Position numbers and translations under genes: made by a program
Assembly (NCBI GenBank): GCA_045580325.1
Contig: JAZNNR010000017.1
Span: 5,682-69,681, forward strand
Reading direction: 5' to 3'
DNA length: 64,000 bases
DNA from: Eubacteriales bacterium
GTDB lineage: Bacteria > Bacillota > Clostridia > Oscillospirales > CAG-272
The notes under the pieces: generated by a model
What the model saw: the letters and a program-made list of their open reading frames with translations, nothing else
What the model was told of the DNA's origin: nothing
Database searches by the model: none
Shown: in pieces, positions 38,545 through 47,441 of the stretch
Layout: the number at the start of each line of letters is the position of its first letter
Numbering within the stretch: position 1 is the first letter of the stretch

Positions 38545-40293
38545 TTATTCCTCGATAGCAGCCTTCTTCGAGAAGATCTCATAATATCTCTTGGGATCGA
38601 ACTTGAACTTACGCTGATAGGTAAGAAGTCCGTTCTGCTCCTGCTCTACGTCTGTGAGCTGTGTATAGCAGTATGCAAATATGTCGGGGTTATCGAGAAG
38701 CGCATCTGTAAGACCTTTGAGGCGGTAGAAGAACTCGTCCTCGTCCTTAACTGCCTTACCGTAAGCCCAAGCAGAGCCGTCGTTATCAGCGATCCAGCCT
38801 ACTCCGCCGTATTCACTTACGAAAACGGGAAGCGCAGGATTAAAGCGCTGTCTGTGAGGATTCATTCTCATAAGCTGGTCGTTTATGAAGCCTTCTTTGA
38901 TCTTAGAGTAATTTTCCTTGAAGATCACAGGATCCTGCTCGTAGTCGTGAACGTCGTGAACGTCTGTGCGCTTTGTCGGATAAGATCCGCTGGTCGTGAT
39001 AACAGGACGTGTCTTATCTATTACCTTCGTAACGTCGTAAACTGTGTCGAGGAAGATCTCGCTCTGCTGTCTGCCGTTCTTATCCCACGTTTCGTTTGTA
39101 GGACACCAGCCGATAAGAGAGGGGTGAGAGAAATCGCGTTCGATCTCTTCAAGCCATTCGGGAAGGAAGTTGTAGATATTACAGTCGAGAGTATGGTCGA
39201 GTCCCCAGTTTCCTGTTTCTGCCCATACCATATATCCGAGGCGGTCTGCGTGATAAAGGAATCTCGGCTCAAACACCTTCTGGTGAAGTCTTGCGCCGTT
39301 GAATCCGCAGGACATAGAAGCCTCTATATCAAATATGAGAGCATCGTCCGAGGGAGCTGTGATAATTCCGTCGGGATAGAAGCCCTGATCGAGAACGAAA
39401 CGTCCGAATACAGTTTTGCCGTTGAGCTGGAAGCCGTGTTCCTTTGTAAGCGAAACCTCGCGAAGTCCGAAGTATCCGTCCATCACGTCGGTCTTGCTCT
39501 CCTTTGTGAGTCTGAACTTGAGATCGTAAAGGCGTCCCTTGCCGCACTCCCAAAGGTGCTTTTCAGCAAGTGATATATCGAGTGTTGTCGAAAGAGAGTT
39601 TACCGTTGCGCTTGCCTTGCCCATAAGCTTTCCTTCGTAGAATGCCTCAACCTCGAGAAGTCCGCCGATAGCCGCATCGCTTGTAGCAACGTCGAGTGCT
39701 ACCGAGGGAGCGGAAATATTAGCATATACCTTATAAGACTTAACGTGAGCAGCCTCTACCGCTTCGAGCCAGACCGTCTGCCAGATACCTGTTGTTCTTG
39801 TATAGTAGCATTCGTGTGAAGCGAGCTTCGGCGACTGCTTACCTGCAACCTGCTTACCCGAGCGAATATCGTCAAGCGCGTAAACTGTAACGTAGTTGTT
39901 TTCATCTCTAAGCTTATCGGTAATATCGAACTGGAAGGAGGTATATCCGCCTCTGTGGTCGCCTACAAACTGACCGTTTACGTAAACTGTCGTAGCGTAG
40001 TCGCAAGCATCGATATGGAGAATAACGCGCTTGCCTGCCCACTCGGACGGAATATCAAGGTCTCGTCTGTACCACACGGCGTTGATAAAATCGGTGATTC
40101 CTATTCCCGAGAGTACGCTTTCGGGAGAAAAAGGAACGGTGATCTTGGTGTCAAGGCTTTCTCTTGTAAAGAACTTCTTTTCAACGCCGACCTTGGCGTT
40201 GTCGATTTCAAAATCCCACTGACCGTTGAGGTTTATCCAGTCATTTCTCTTTCGGTCGGGACGCGGATGTTCGTTTCTTGGAATGTTATTCAT
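38545..40293 (-). CDS. glycoside hydrolase family 2 protein
   Basis: Start at MNNIPRNEHPRPD (40293). Sugar-binding, Ig-like and TIM-barrel layout (GGYTSFQFDIT, NGARLHQK, WCPTNE, FVSEYGG). Confidence 0.8.
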   Translation of the reverse strand: MNNIPRNEHPRPDRKRNDWINLNGQWDFEIDNAKVGVEKKFFTRESLDTKITVPFSPESVLSGIGITDFINAVWYRRDLDIPSEWAGKRVILHIDACDYATTVYVNGQFVGDHRGGYTSFQFDITDKLRDENNYVTVYALDDIRSGKQVAGKQSPKLASHECYYTRTTGIWQTVWLEAVEAAHVKSYKVYANISAPSVALDVATSDAAIGGLLEVEAFYEGKLMGKASATVNSLSTTLDISLAEKHLWECGKGRLYDLKFRLTKESKTDVMDGYFGLREVSLTKEHGFQLNGKTVFGRFVLDQGFYPDGIITAPSDDALIFDIEASMSCGFNGARLHQKVFEPRFLYHADRLGYMVWAETGNWGLDHTLDCNIYNFLPEWLEEIERDFSHPSLIGWCPTNETWDKNGRQQSEIFLDTVYDVTKVIDKTRPVITTSGSYPTKRTDVHDVHDYEQDPVIFKENYSKIKEGFINDQLMRMNPHRQRFNPALPVFVSEYGGVGWIADNDGSAWAYGKAVKDEDEFFYRLKGLTDALLDNPDIFAYCYTQLTDVEQEQNGLLTYQRKFKFDPKRYYEIFSKKAAIEE

Positions 40294-40321
40294 AATAATT
40301 TTCCTTTCTCTTCTGAAAACA

Positions 40322-42895
40322 TTATTTATTTGCATATTTCAAATATATATCGCCGAGAAGTCCTGACGGAGCAAGCTGTAAGAAGTAGGAAAGTCCGTCG
40401 CGCTCTCTTTGTGCAAGTGTATTCGACACGATAACGACAGCCTCGTTTTCTCCGCTACTTACGGCATCTGTAATATCAAACAGATAAGGAGCGCTTATTC
40501 TGATTCCGCAGTCCTTGCCGTTTACAGAGAGCTGAGCGTTTTGTCCCACGCGTCCGAGGTCGATAAACACCTTGCCGCTACTCTTTTTACACTCAAAATT
40601 AAAGGTGTATTTCATCTTGCCCGAGAAATCAGGTCTGAAATCGGGCGAGTTGATATTGAAGAGCTTATCGAATCTTCCGCACGGCTTGTAGTCTTTAAGG
40701 TCGTCGCACTCTGCAAGGGAGAGCTCATAGCTCGGCGAAAGCTTCTCTGCGCTGTTAAAGCTTATTTCATCGTCAAAGCCCGCTCTGTCGCCGAAAATTA
40801 CTATCTGCGACTGATTGGGCGAAAGCTTCAGCGCAAGCTTTCCGTCTACTGCCACTCCCGAGGTATATATATCGGTAAGAATATCAAGACGCGCGTACTC
40901 ACCGCCGCACGGGAGTGTAAGCACGGTATCGACAGTCTTGTTATAATCCTCGTTAGCGAACATAAATATATCTTTTCCGTCGCGCGTGCAGTGATATATT
41001 CTGAGCTTGGGATATCCGTCCTCGACGATAACGTCGGTCATTCCCATTTCCTTCATCTTGGGAACGAGCTCGCTCTCGTCAAGCACATCTCCGCTGAATG
41101 CCGCGTTTTCGGGCATAGAGCGCATAAAGTAAACGTGAAGTCCCGCGTCCTGCAGGTTTTTGAGAATAGTGAGAAGTACCTCAGGCATATGGTCTGCATA
41201 GGGTACGATAAGGCAGTCAAAGCTTTCCTTGTTGATGCAAAGCTTATTATCCTTAACACTCGCGCCTTCCCTTAAAACGTCCATATCGACGATGTCAAAG
41301 TCTATATGGTTATCGTAAAGTCTTGTTGCAACAGGCTCCATATTCGATGCCTCGTTGTAGCGGCTTGCCCATTCGCCGTGAACGTGGTAAAGTATTGCCG
41401 CGTTTGCCTTGTGTGTAGTATCTGAAAGGATATGCGCCGCCTTGTTTGCATAGTTGAGAAGAGCGGTCTCTGCCTCAAGGCTCGGGTCGTATCCCTGTGC
41501 GCCTATATGCGGAGGGCAGTCATAGTCGGGGAATTTCGGGCTGAACGAGTGTGGAATAAAGAAGTTTATTCCACGCACGAGCAGATGGTCGATAAGGAAC
41601 TTCATCATAGAAGAGTCCTCACCCCAGCCGTACGCACCGAAGACCTCGCACATTGCTCTTCCCTTCATTGCGGGATTAAGATGAGCGAGCGATGCGCCGA
41701 GCTTTGCCAAAATATATTCGTAGAACGAGCCTGCGCCTACTCCTGTCGCACAGGTAACGGTGTGCAGATAGTCTGCCATACCGGGCAAGATCTGGTGAAG
41801 AACGATATCTATTCCGCTCATATCCTGCCAGCGAACAGCTCTGAAATAATGACCGACACCGCCTCTGAGATGGCAGTTCATATCCTCGATAACGTGTCCG
41901 ATATATTCTACGCCGTGCGCGTGGCACCAATCTGCTATCTGCTTATTGAAGCACTTGCTGTAAAGCTCGGTTACAGAATCCATATATGCGTGGCGGATTT
42001 CAGCCTGAACGTCGCCGTTTTCGCCGTCCTCGTACCAAAGAAGGTTGAGATGCTTTATCGGGCTGTAGCCAAGCTTTTCGGTCATTTTTCCGAGAAGCTT
42101 CTCGTTCCAAGGAAGCGAAAGAGAATGCTTGCCCACTCTCGCCTCGTAAAATCCGAAGTCAAATCTTTCTTTTCCGAAGACCTGATTTCCAAACTCGGGC
42201 TCGTCTGTGAAAAATCCCGCAAAGGTATTTCCAAAGTACTTTGAATAGCGTGCAAAATGGCCCTCATAAACCGAATCTATAAGCACCTTGACCGACTCGG
42301 GATTTATCATATCTATGTAGTCGTACTTTGCGCCTTGGCGTGATTTATAATAGAAGAATATACGCCATACGCCCTCGGGAATATCCCAGGTGAGAAAGTT
42401 TCCGTGTATCTTATCTGTAAGCTCTACGGCAGTGTCTTCGATACAGCTTTCAAATTCATCGGCGCGTCTTTTGTAAGCGTAAGCCGCGATAAGTATGTTT
42501 TCGGCGTTATCGTCGCCTACAAGAATAGAGGTATCGGGAGCGCTTCCGACGACGTCGATATGTCGCTCTATAAGCTCCCACGCGCGAAGCTCGGGATATT
42601 TTGTTCCTATAAGTCCTGCCGCGTGTCCTGTCGGAAAATGGTCATCGTCAAAGAGCCATACCTTCATATCTCGCTTTGCGGCTTCCTCGAGGATAATATC
42701 CATATCGCGCCACCAGGTCTCCCCTAAAAAGTCGGGGTGCGGACGAGATTCAACGCAGAACGCTCTGCACCCGCTGTCGTATATTCTTTGAATTTCGCTC
42801 GGGAGAAGGTGTGTCTGCTCGCCGTACTGCCACCAAAGCGGCGCAAGATAATTGTCTTCCTTGCCGTTCAAGACATCGTAAAGCCTTTTGTCCAT
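40322..42895 (-). CDS. large glycosidase-like protein of uncertain family, with a C-terminal galactose-binding-like domain
   Basis: 857 aa. FDDDHFPTGHA and FFTDEPEF motifs. The C-terminus, NAQLSVNGKDCGIRISAPYLFDITD, resembles a GH2-type sugar-binding module. I could not place the family. Confidence 0.5.
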   Translation of the reverse strand: MDKRLYDVLNGKEDNYLAPLWWQYGEQTHLLPSEIQRIYDSGCRAFCVESRPHPDFLGETWWRDMDIILEEAAKRDMKVWLFDDDHFPTGHAAGLIGTKYPELRAWELIERHIDVVGSAPDTSILVGDDNAENILIAAYAYKRRADEFESCIEDTAVELTDKIHGNFLTWDIPEGVWRIFFYYKSRQGAKYDYIDMINPESVKVLIDSVYEGHFARYSKYFGNTFAGFFTDEPEFGNQVFGKERFDFGFYEARVGKHSLSLPWNEKLLGKMTEKLGYSPIKHLNLLWYEDGENGDVQAEIRHAYMDSVTELYSKCFNKQIADWCHAHGVEYIGHVIEDMNCHLRGGVGHYFRAVRWQDMSGIDIVLHQILPGMADYLHTVTCATGVGAGSFYEYILAKLGASLAHLNPAMKGRAMCEVFGAYGWGEDSSMMKFLIDHLLVRGINFFIPHSFSPKFPDYDCPPHIGAQGYDPSLEAETALLNYANKAAHILSDTTHKANAAILYHVHGEWASRYNEASNMEPVATRLYDNHIDFDIVDMDVLREGASVKDNKLCINKESFDCLIVPYADHMPEVLLTILKNLQDAGLHVYFMRSMPENAAFSGDVLDESELVPKMKEMGMTDVIVEDGYPKLRIYHCTRDGKDIFMFANEDYNKTVDTVLTLPCGGEYARLDILTDIYTSGVAVDGKLALKLSPNQSQIVIFGDRAGFDDEISFNSAEKLSPSYELSLAECDDLKDYKPCGRFDKLFNINSPDFRPDFSGKMKYTFNFECKKSSGKVFIDLGRVGQNAQLSVNGKDCGIRISAPYLFDITDAVSSGENEAVVIVSNTLAQRERDGLSYFLQLAPSGLLGDIYLKYANK

Positions 42896-43073
42896 ATCGG
42901 TACCTCATAAATTATAAAAATATTGTAGTCAGCGCGCGGAAAAATCCCCGAACACTACAAACTCATTATATCAACGATAAAAAATATGTCAAGGGGTTTG
43001 GAAAAATTTACACCTTCGTTTTGGCATTTTTATTATTTGATAAGAAAATCCTGTTAAATATTTTATTTTTATG

Positions 43074-43102
43074 TTGTAAAGAGTATTTTTATGTGCTATA
43101 AT
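43074..43102 (+). promoter_or_regulatory. sigma-A promoter for murT-gatD
   Basis: TTGTAA (43074-43079), 17 nt, TATAAT (43097-43102). Confidence 0.6.
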
Positions 43103-43157
43103 TACTTATGTCATAACTCGGCAGCTTTGTTGCCGGACACAATATGAGGTATATGCT

Positions 43158-44489
43158 ATGAAAATTTTAATGATATTACTATGTAAGCTTCTCGTTTTTA
43201 TCGGCAAGCTTGTAAACAGAGGCTCGAGCTTGCCCGGAAAGATAGTCCTGAAGCTCTGCCCTGATATTTTAGAGAGGATAACGCTCCCCAACTACGTTAT
43301 CGCAGTTACAGGCTCAAACGGCAAAACGTCAACTGTTGAGATGATAGCAAACGTTATGACCGAGAACGGTCTTAAGGTCGTCTGGAATAAGGAAGGCAGC
43401 AATCAGACCGAGGGCGTTACCACCCTGCTTCTCAAAAACTGCGACCTTCACGGCAAGGTAATAGGCGACGTAGTCGTTCTTGAAAGCGACGAGCGCTATG
43501 CAAGACACACCTTTAGGCATATAAAGCCGACACACTTTGCGGTTACAAATCTGTATAGAGATCAGCTCACAAGAAACGTTCATCCCTTCTGGATATACGA
43601 TATTATAAAGGACGCCGCAGACCTTATCCCCGACGCTGAATTTATACTTAACGCTGACGATCCTATCGTTTCACTTCTCGGAAGGGGCAGAGGCAAGGTG
43701 CGCTACTTCGCTATGGCAAAAAACGACTACTCTACGGATAAAACGGACGCACTCTACAACGACTGCCACTACTGCCCCGTGTGCGGTGCACCCCTTGGCT
43801 ATGAATATTTCCACTTTGCGCATCTCGGAAAATTCTACTGCGACGCCTGCAAATATTCCTGCGCCGAGCCCGAGTACGTAGTTGACAGTGTCGATCTTGA
43901 AAACCGCCGCATATCTATCTGCGGACAACCTATCGACCTCGCTTTTGCAAGCAGATACAACGTATATAACCTCTGCGCCGCGTTTGCCGTCTGCAGTATC
44001 GTCGGCATAGCGCACGAAAAGATCGCATCCTCGCTCAGCTCGTTTATTATGAAAAACGGCAGAGTTGTACGCTTCAAGGCGGGCGAAAACGAGGGTATGC
44101 TCATAACCTCGAAGCACGAAAACTCCACCTCCTACAATCAAAGCCTTGAGTACGTCTGCGCTTCGGGTGAGAAATTCACTCTTGTAATAATCGTTGACGC
44201 GATAAGCAGAAAATATTACACCACCGAAACGAGTTGGCTTTGGGATATCAGCTTTGAAAAGCTTGAAAATTCAAGTGCCGAAAGGATACTCCTTTGCGGA
44301 AATTACGCATATGACCTCGCAACACGCTTTGAGCTGACAAATATTGACCCTTCAAAGATAGCGGTCATTCCCGATCTCGATGAAATGGCAAAGGAAATAT
44401 CAGCCCCGAGCGACTCAGCCCTCTACGCTATAACCTGCTTCTCTGACAAGGACAAGTTTTTTGGCAGAGTCGAGGTCTTAAACAACTAA
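43158..44489 (+). CDS. murT: Mur-ligase-family protein MurT (lipid II isoglutaminyl synthase, ligase subunit)
   Basis: VTGSNGKTST P-loop, Cys4 ribbon CPVCGAPL...CDAC, and a DUF1727-like C-terminus (SWLWDISFE). Confidence 0.8.
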   Translation: MKILMILLCKLLVFIGKLVNRGSSLPGKIVLKLCPDILERITLPNYVIAVTGSNGKTSTVEMIANVMTENGLKVVWNKEGSNQTEGVTTLLLKNCDLHGKVIGDVVVLESDERYARHTFRHIKPTHFAVTNLYRDQLTRNVHPFWIYDIIKDAADLIPDAEFILNADDPIVSLLGRGRGKVRYFAMAKNDYSTDKTDALYNDCHYCPVCGAPLGYEYFHFAHLGKFYCDACKYSCAEPEYVVDSVDLENRRISICGQPIDLAFASRYNVYNLCAAFAVCSIVGIAHEKIASSLSSFIMKNGRVVRFKAGENEGMLITSKHENSTSYNQSLEYVCASGEKFTLVIIVDAISRKYYTTETSWLWDISFEKLENSSAERILLCGNYAYDLATRFELTNIDPSKIAVIPDLDEMAKEISAPSDSALYAITCFSDKDKFFGRVEVLNN

Positions 44490-44521
44490 CTATATAACTA
44501 ACTATGTAAGGTATCACGAAT

Positions 44522-45253
44522 ATGAAAGAAATCAAACTGCTTCATCTGTTTCCAAGACTTCTTTCGCTCTACGGCGAATACGGAAACGTGAAAATTATAG
44601 AAAAAAACCTCGCAACCTGCGGCTATAGCGTAAGTACGACCGAGTACGAGGGGCTCGACGGCGAAAGCATCGACCTTTCGGAATTTGATTTCGTTTACGT
44701 CGGCTCGGGCACAGAAAAAAATCTTATCGAGGCTTCAAAAAGGCTTCTTCCTGTGAAGGACGCTTTTTGCAAGCTCATTTCAGAGAAAAAATGCGTTCTC
44801 GCCACAGGAAACGCTATGGCTCTTTTCGGAAAAGTGCTGAAGCTTGGTGAAAAGGAATACGAAACGCTCGAAGCTTTCCCCTATACAAGCGAAATTTTCA
44901 CGGACAAGCGTTTTCAGGGCGACGTTCTTACCGATGACAACAATATTTTCTCCTTAAAGCTCATCGGATTTATCAACACGTCGGCAATATACAGAGGTAT
45001 CGACACGCCGCTGACGAACAACATTCTCGGCGCAAAGCTCGGAAACGACAAGACCTCGGGAGAGGACGGATTTATCTCGGATAATTTTGTCGGCACACAG
45101 CTTATCGGACCGATCGCGGTCAAAAATCCCTGCGTTTTGAAGAAAATATGCGAAATGATAACGGGCGAGAGCTTTGACAGCGATACGAGATCGAGCAGCT
45201 TCCTTGCGTATATGCGCGGCGTTTCCGCTCTCGAAAAGCGAATTTTGAAGTAA
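44522..45253 (+). CDS. gatD: GatD-like (CobQ-type GATase) partner of MurT; catalytic Cys/His apparently substituted
   Basis: Aligns along its whole length with my recollection of S. aureus GatD (LYGEYGN, FVYVGSG, RFQGDV). The motif CGGYQ reads GNAMA and GTYLHGP reads GTQLIGP. Confidence 0.7.
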   Translation: MKEIKLLHLFPRLLSLYGEYGNVKIIEKNLATCGYSVSTTEYEGLDGESIDLSEFDFVYVGSGTEKNLIEASKRLLPVKDAFCKLISEKKCVLATGNAMALFGKVLKLGEKEYETLEAFPYTSEIFTDKRFQGDVLTDDNNIFSLKLIGFINTSAIYRGIDTPLTNNILGAKLGNDKTSGEDGFISDNFVGTQLIGPIAVKNPCVLKKICEMITGESFDSDTRSSSFLAYMRGVSALEKRILK

Positions 45254-45395
45254 CACTTAGGACTTTGCCCTAAGAACCCACCAAGGACTCTGTCCTTGGA
45301 TCCTGCTTAGAAACTTTTTGAAAAGAAGTTTAAAACGATTTCTACGCAAATCGTTTAAGAACTTCAAAAACTTTACTAAAAGGGATACAAATAAG
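45254..45395. repeat. composite multi-hairpin intergenic repeat, copy III
   Basis: CTTAGGACTTTGCCCTAAG, CCAAGGACTCTGTCCTTGG, CTTAGAAACTTTTTGAAAAGAAGTTT, AAACGATTTCTACGCAAATCGTTT, AACTTCAAAAACTTTACTAAAAGGG. Confidence 0.75.
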
Positions 45396-45412
45396 AAAAG
45401 GACAGAGAGTTT

Positions 45413-45613
45413 GGCGTGATACTCTTATCGGAGTATCACGCCAGTTCTATTCGCCTGTGGCGAGTGATATTGCTACGCAGTGATATTCGGCTCGCGCCGA
45501 GTGGTATTCGCTTCGCGAGTTTCAGGGCGAATAGAATACCACTGAAGCCGCAAGGCTTCAATATCACTATCGCGTCAGCGATAATATCACTCCGACGAAG
45601 TCGGAATATCACT
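45413..45613. repeat. hairpin plus convergent array of 9-mers (3 x AGTGRTATT, 4 x AATAYCACT) alternating with mini-hairpins
   Basis: Forward copies at 45463, 45479 and 45500. Reverse copies at 45535, 45560, 45583 and 45605. The leading hairpin GGCGTGATACTC-ttatcg-GAGTATCACGCC (45413-45442) carries the related GTGATAC. Confidence 0.8.
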
Positions 45614-45614
45614 C

Positions 45615-45643
45615 TTGCTTTCTCTGCAGATTTGTGATATAAT
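45615..45643 (+). promoter_or_regulatory. extended -10 sigma-A promoter overlapping an eighth GTGATAT motif
   Basis: TTGCTT (45615-45620), 17 nt, TGaTATAAT (45635-45643). About 250 nt upstream of the GNAT start codon. Confidence 0.6.
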
Positions 45644-45899
45644 GAGCCTAACGAAAAGCCTCCCTCCGAGAGGGAGGGGGACCGCGTTAGCGGTGGAAGG
45701 AGCCTGCGTGACTTTAGGGTTGTATCAACTTTCTTGTTACGCACTCTCCCTCAGTCGCCTACGGCGACAGCTCCCTCCCGGAGGGAGCCCCAGGGTACGC
45801 TCAACTTTAGGGGTATGGCATAGCCCGAAGCCTTTGTAATACAAAGGCTAAACTGGCGATAAAGCAGAATGATAAACAGGAGTTTAACAAAGATATATT

Positions 45900-46340
45900 A
45901 TGGATAATTTGACTTATGAACAAATGCATGATGAAAATGATATAATGATTCCTAAACTTAAAGAAATATATCGACTCCCGGAAGTTTCAAGATATCTGAA
46001 TATTAGTGATAATTATTTTTGCTATGTCACCAAGACCTACGGTGTATATTTTTACAAGGTGTGGAATAAGGACGAATTGATTGGCGCAATACACCTTGAA
46101 CTAAACGAGAATTTACTTTATATGGATATTCTGATATTTCCAAAGTTTCAAAGAAAAGGTTTTGCAACAAAAGTAATTGAAGATATTCAAAATGATATTT
46201 TCAAACTTAACTACAATAAAATTGAAATCTCTATTGATGAAACAAATAGTGCATCGTTAAAATTATTTGAAAGCACAGGATTCACACGAACATCAAAAGA
46301 CGATGAGTTAATAAACCTTGTTTATCAAAAAATAAATTGA
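45900..46340 (+). CDS. GNAT-family N-acetyltransferase
   Basis: 146 aa with FPKFQRKGFATKVIEDI (acetyl-CoA motif A). Visibly AT-rich compared with flanking genes. Confidence 0.8.
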   Translation: MDNLTYEQMHDENDIMIPKLKEIYRLPEVSRYLNISDNYFCYVTKTYGVYFYKVWNKDELIGAIHLELNENLLYMDILIFPKFQRKGFATKVIEDIQNDIFKLNYNKIEISIDETNSASLKLFESTGFTRTSKDDELINLVYQKIN

Positions 46341-46488
46341 CATATTCCAATGTATAGAATAGCAACCCCCGGCAGACTTATGTAAAATCTGTCGGGGGTA
46401 ATTATTTGCTTACTGCGAAGCAAATCTGTAAAATGTGATTTCTCCGATAAGGACATCACGCTTTATCTTCTCTGTCCTTTTTTACAGG

Positions 46489-47040
46489 CTATTTCATCTC
46501 ATTATACCTTCTTGCAACCTCGATCATATCGGCGAGCATTTCGTCCCTACGGCTCTCATCACGGAGCAGCAGCGACGGGTGATAAACGGCAGTCATATCG
46601 TACTGCCCTTTTTTTATCCATTTTCCGTGCTCCCTCGTTATTCTGTAATCGGGGGAGATAAGGCGCATCGCCGATATTCTGCCAAGGCAGACTATCATTT
46701 TCGGCCTTATAAGTCTTACCTGCTCGCGAAGATAGTCTATACACACGTCCTGCTCCTCGGGGAGCGGATCGCGGTTTTTCGGCGGACGGCACTTTAGAAT
46801 ATTTGCTATGTAGACCTCATCTCTGTCGATTCCGACAGCCTCGAGATATTTATCAAAAAGCTTTCCTGCCGCGCCGACAAAGGGTATTCCCGTTTTGTCC
46901 TCCTCGCCGCCCGGAGCTTCGCCGACAAACATCAGCTTTGCATCTCTGTTTCCCGTGCCGAAAACGAGCTTTGTGCGTGTATCGCCCAGCGGACAGCGTT
47001 TGCAGCTTTCACAGCTTAGCTTAAGTTCTTCCCAAGTCAT
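46489..47040 (-). CDS. uracil-DNA glycosylase, family 4
   Basis: CKRCPL, VFGTGNRDAKLMFVGEAPGGEEDKTGIPFVGAAGKLFD, HPS. Confidence 0.9.
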   Translation of the reverse strand: MTWEELKLSCESCKRCPLGDTRTKLVFGTGNRDAKLMFVGEAPGGEEDKTGIPFVGAAGKLFDKYLEAVGIDRDEVYIANILKCRPPKNRDPLPEEQDVCIDYLREQVRLIRPKMIVCLGRISAMRLISPDYRITREHGKWIKKGQYDMTAVYHPSLLLRDESRRDEMLADMIEVARRYNEMK

Positions 47041-47053
47041 ATTTTCCCCTTCT

Positions 47054-47314
47054 CTATGTAGGACTGTCGGCGGGCATCTCGCAAAAGGTGCAAAATATAT
47101 TCACCTCGGTGTCCGCTCGTCCAAACATTTCGAGCCTTACCCTCGGACTCATTTCCCTGCCCGCTTTTTTGGCGGCAAGCGATAGCATACTTCGAATTGC
47201 CATTCGGCTCGACTTGCTCGAAATGTCAAAATCTCCGCACGGCAGATATTCTGACAGCTCACTGCGTTCAAAGACTATAAGCAGGGCTCTTTCACTGATT
47301 TCAATGGTTTTCAA
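47054..47314 (-). CDS. small hypothetical protein (possibly MecA-N-terminal-like adaptor)
   Basis: 86-aa ORF tightly spaced upstream of the UDG gene. The family assignment is a weak impression only. Confidence 0.35.
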   Translation of the reverse strand: MKTIEISERALLIVFERSELSEYLPCGDFDISSKSSRMAIRSMLSLAAKKAGREMSPRVRLEMFGRADTEVNIFCTFCEMPADSPT

Positions 47315-47441
47315 GGTTGTTTTCGTCCTTTCCTTTTGTTTTTTACATAAGGAAAGTATAACTCATTTAGGTGCGGATGTGAATACCAAAATTTCTGTAA
47401 AAAGAGTGATTTTATCCCTTTTTTGACAGTAAAAGACTGTA

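Noticed and set aside
45416-45839. ORFs 45416..45637 (+), 45436..45744 (-) and 45615..45839 (+) over the 9-mer array and leader
   Set aside because: They are repeat-derived, Arg/Ser/Leu-rich frames without an RBS. The structure of the region is explained by inverted repeats rather than coding.
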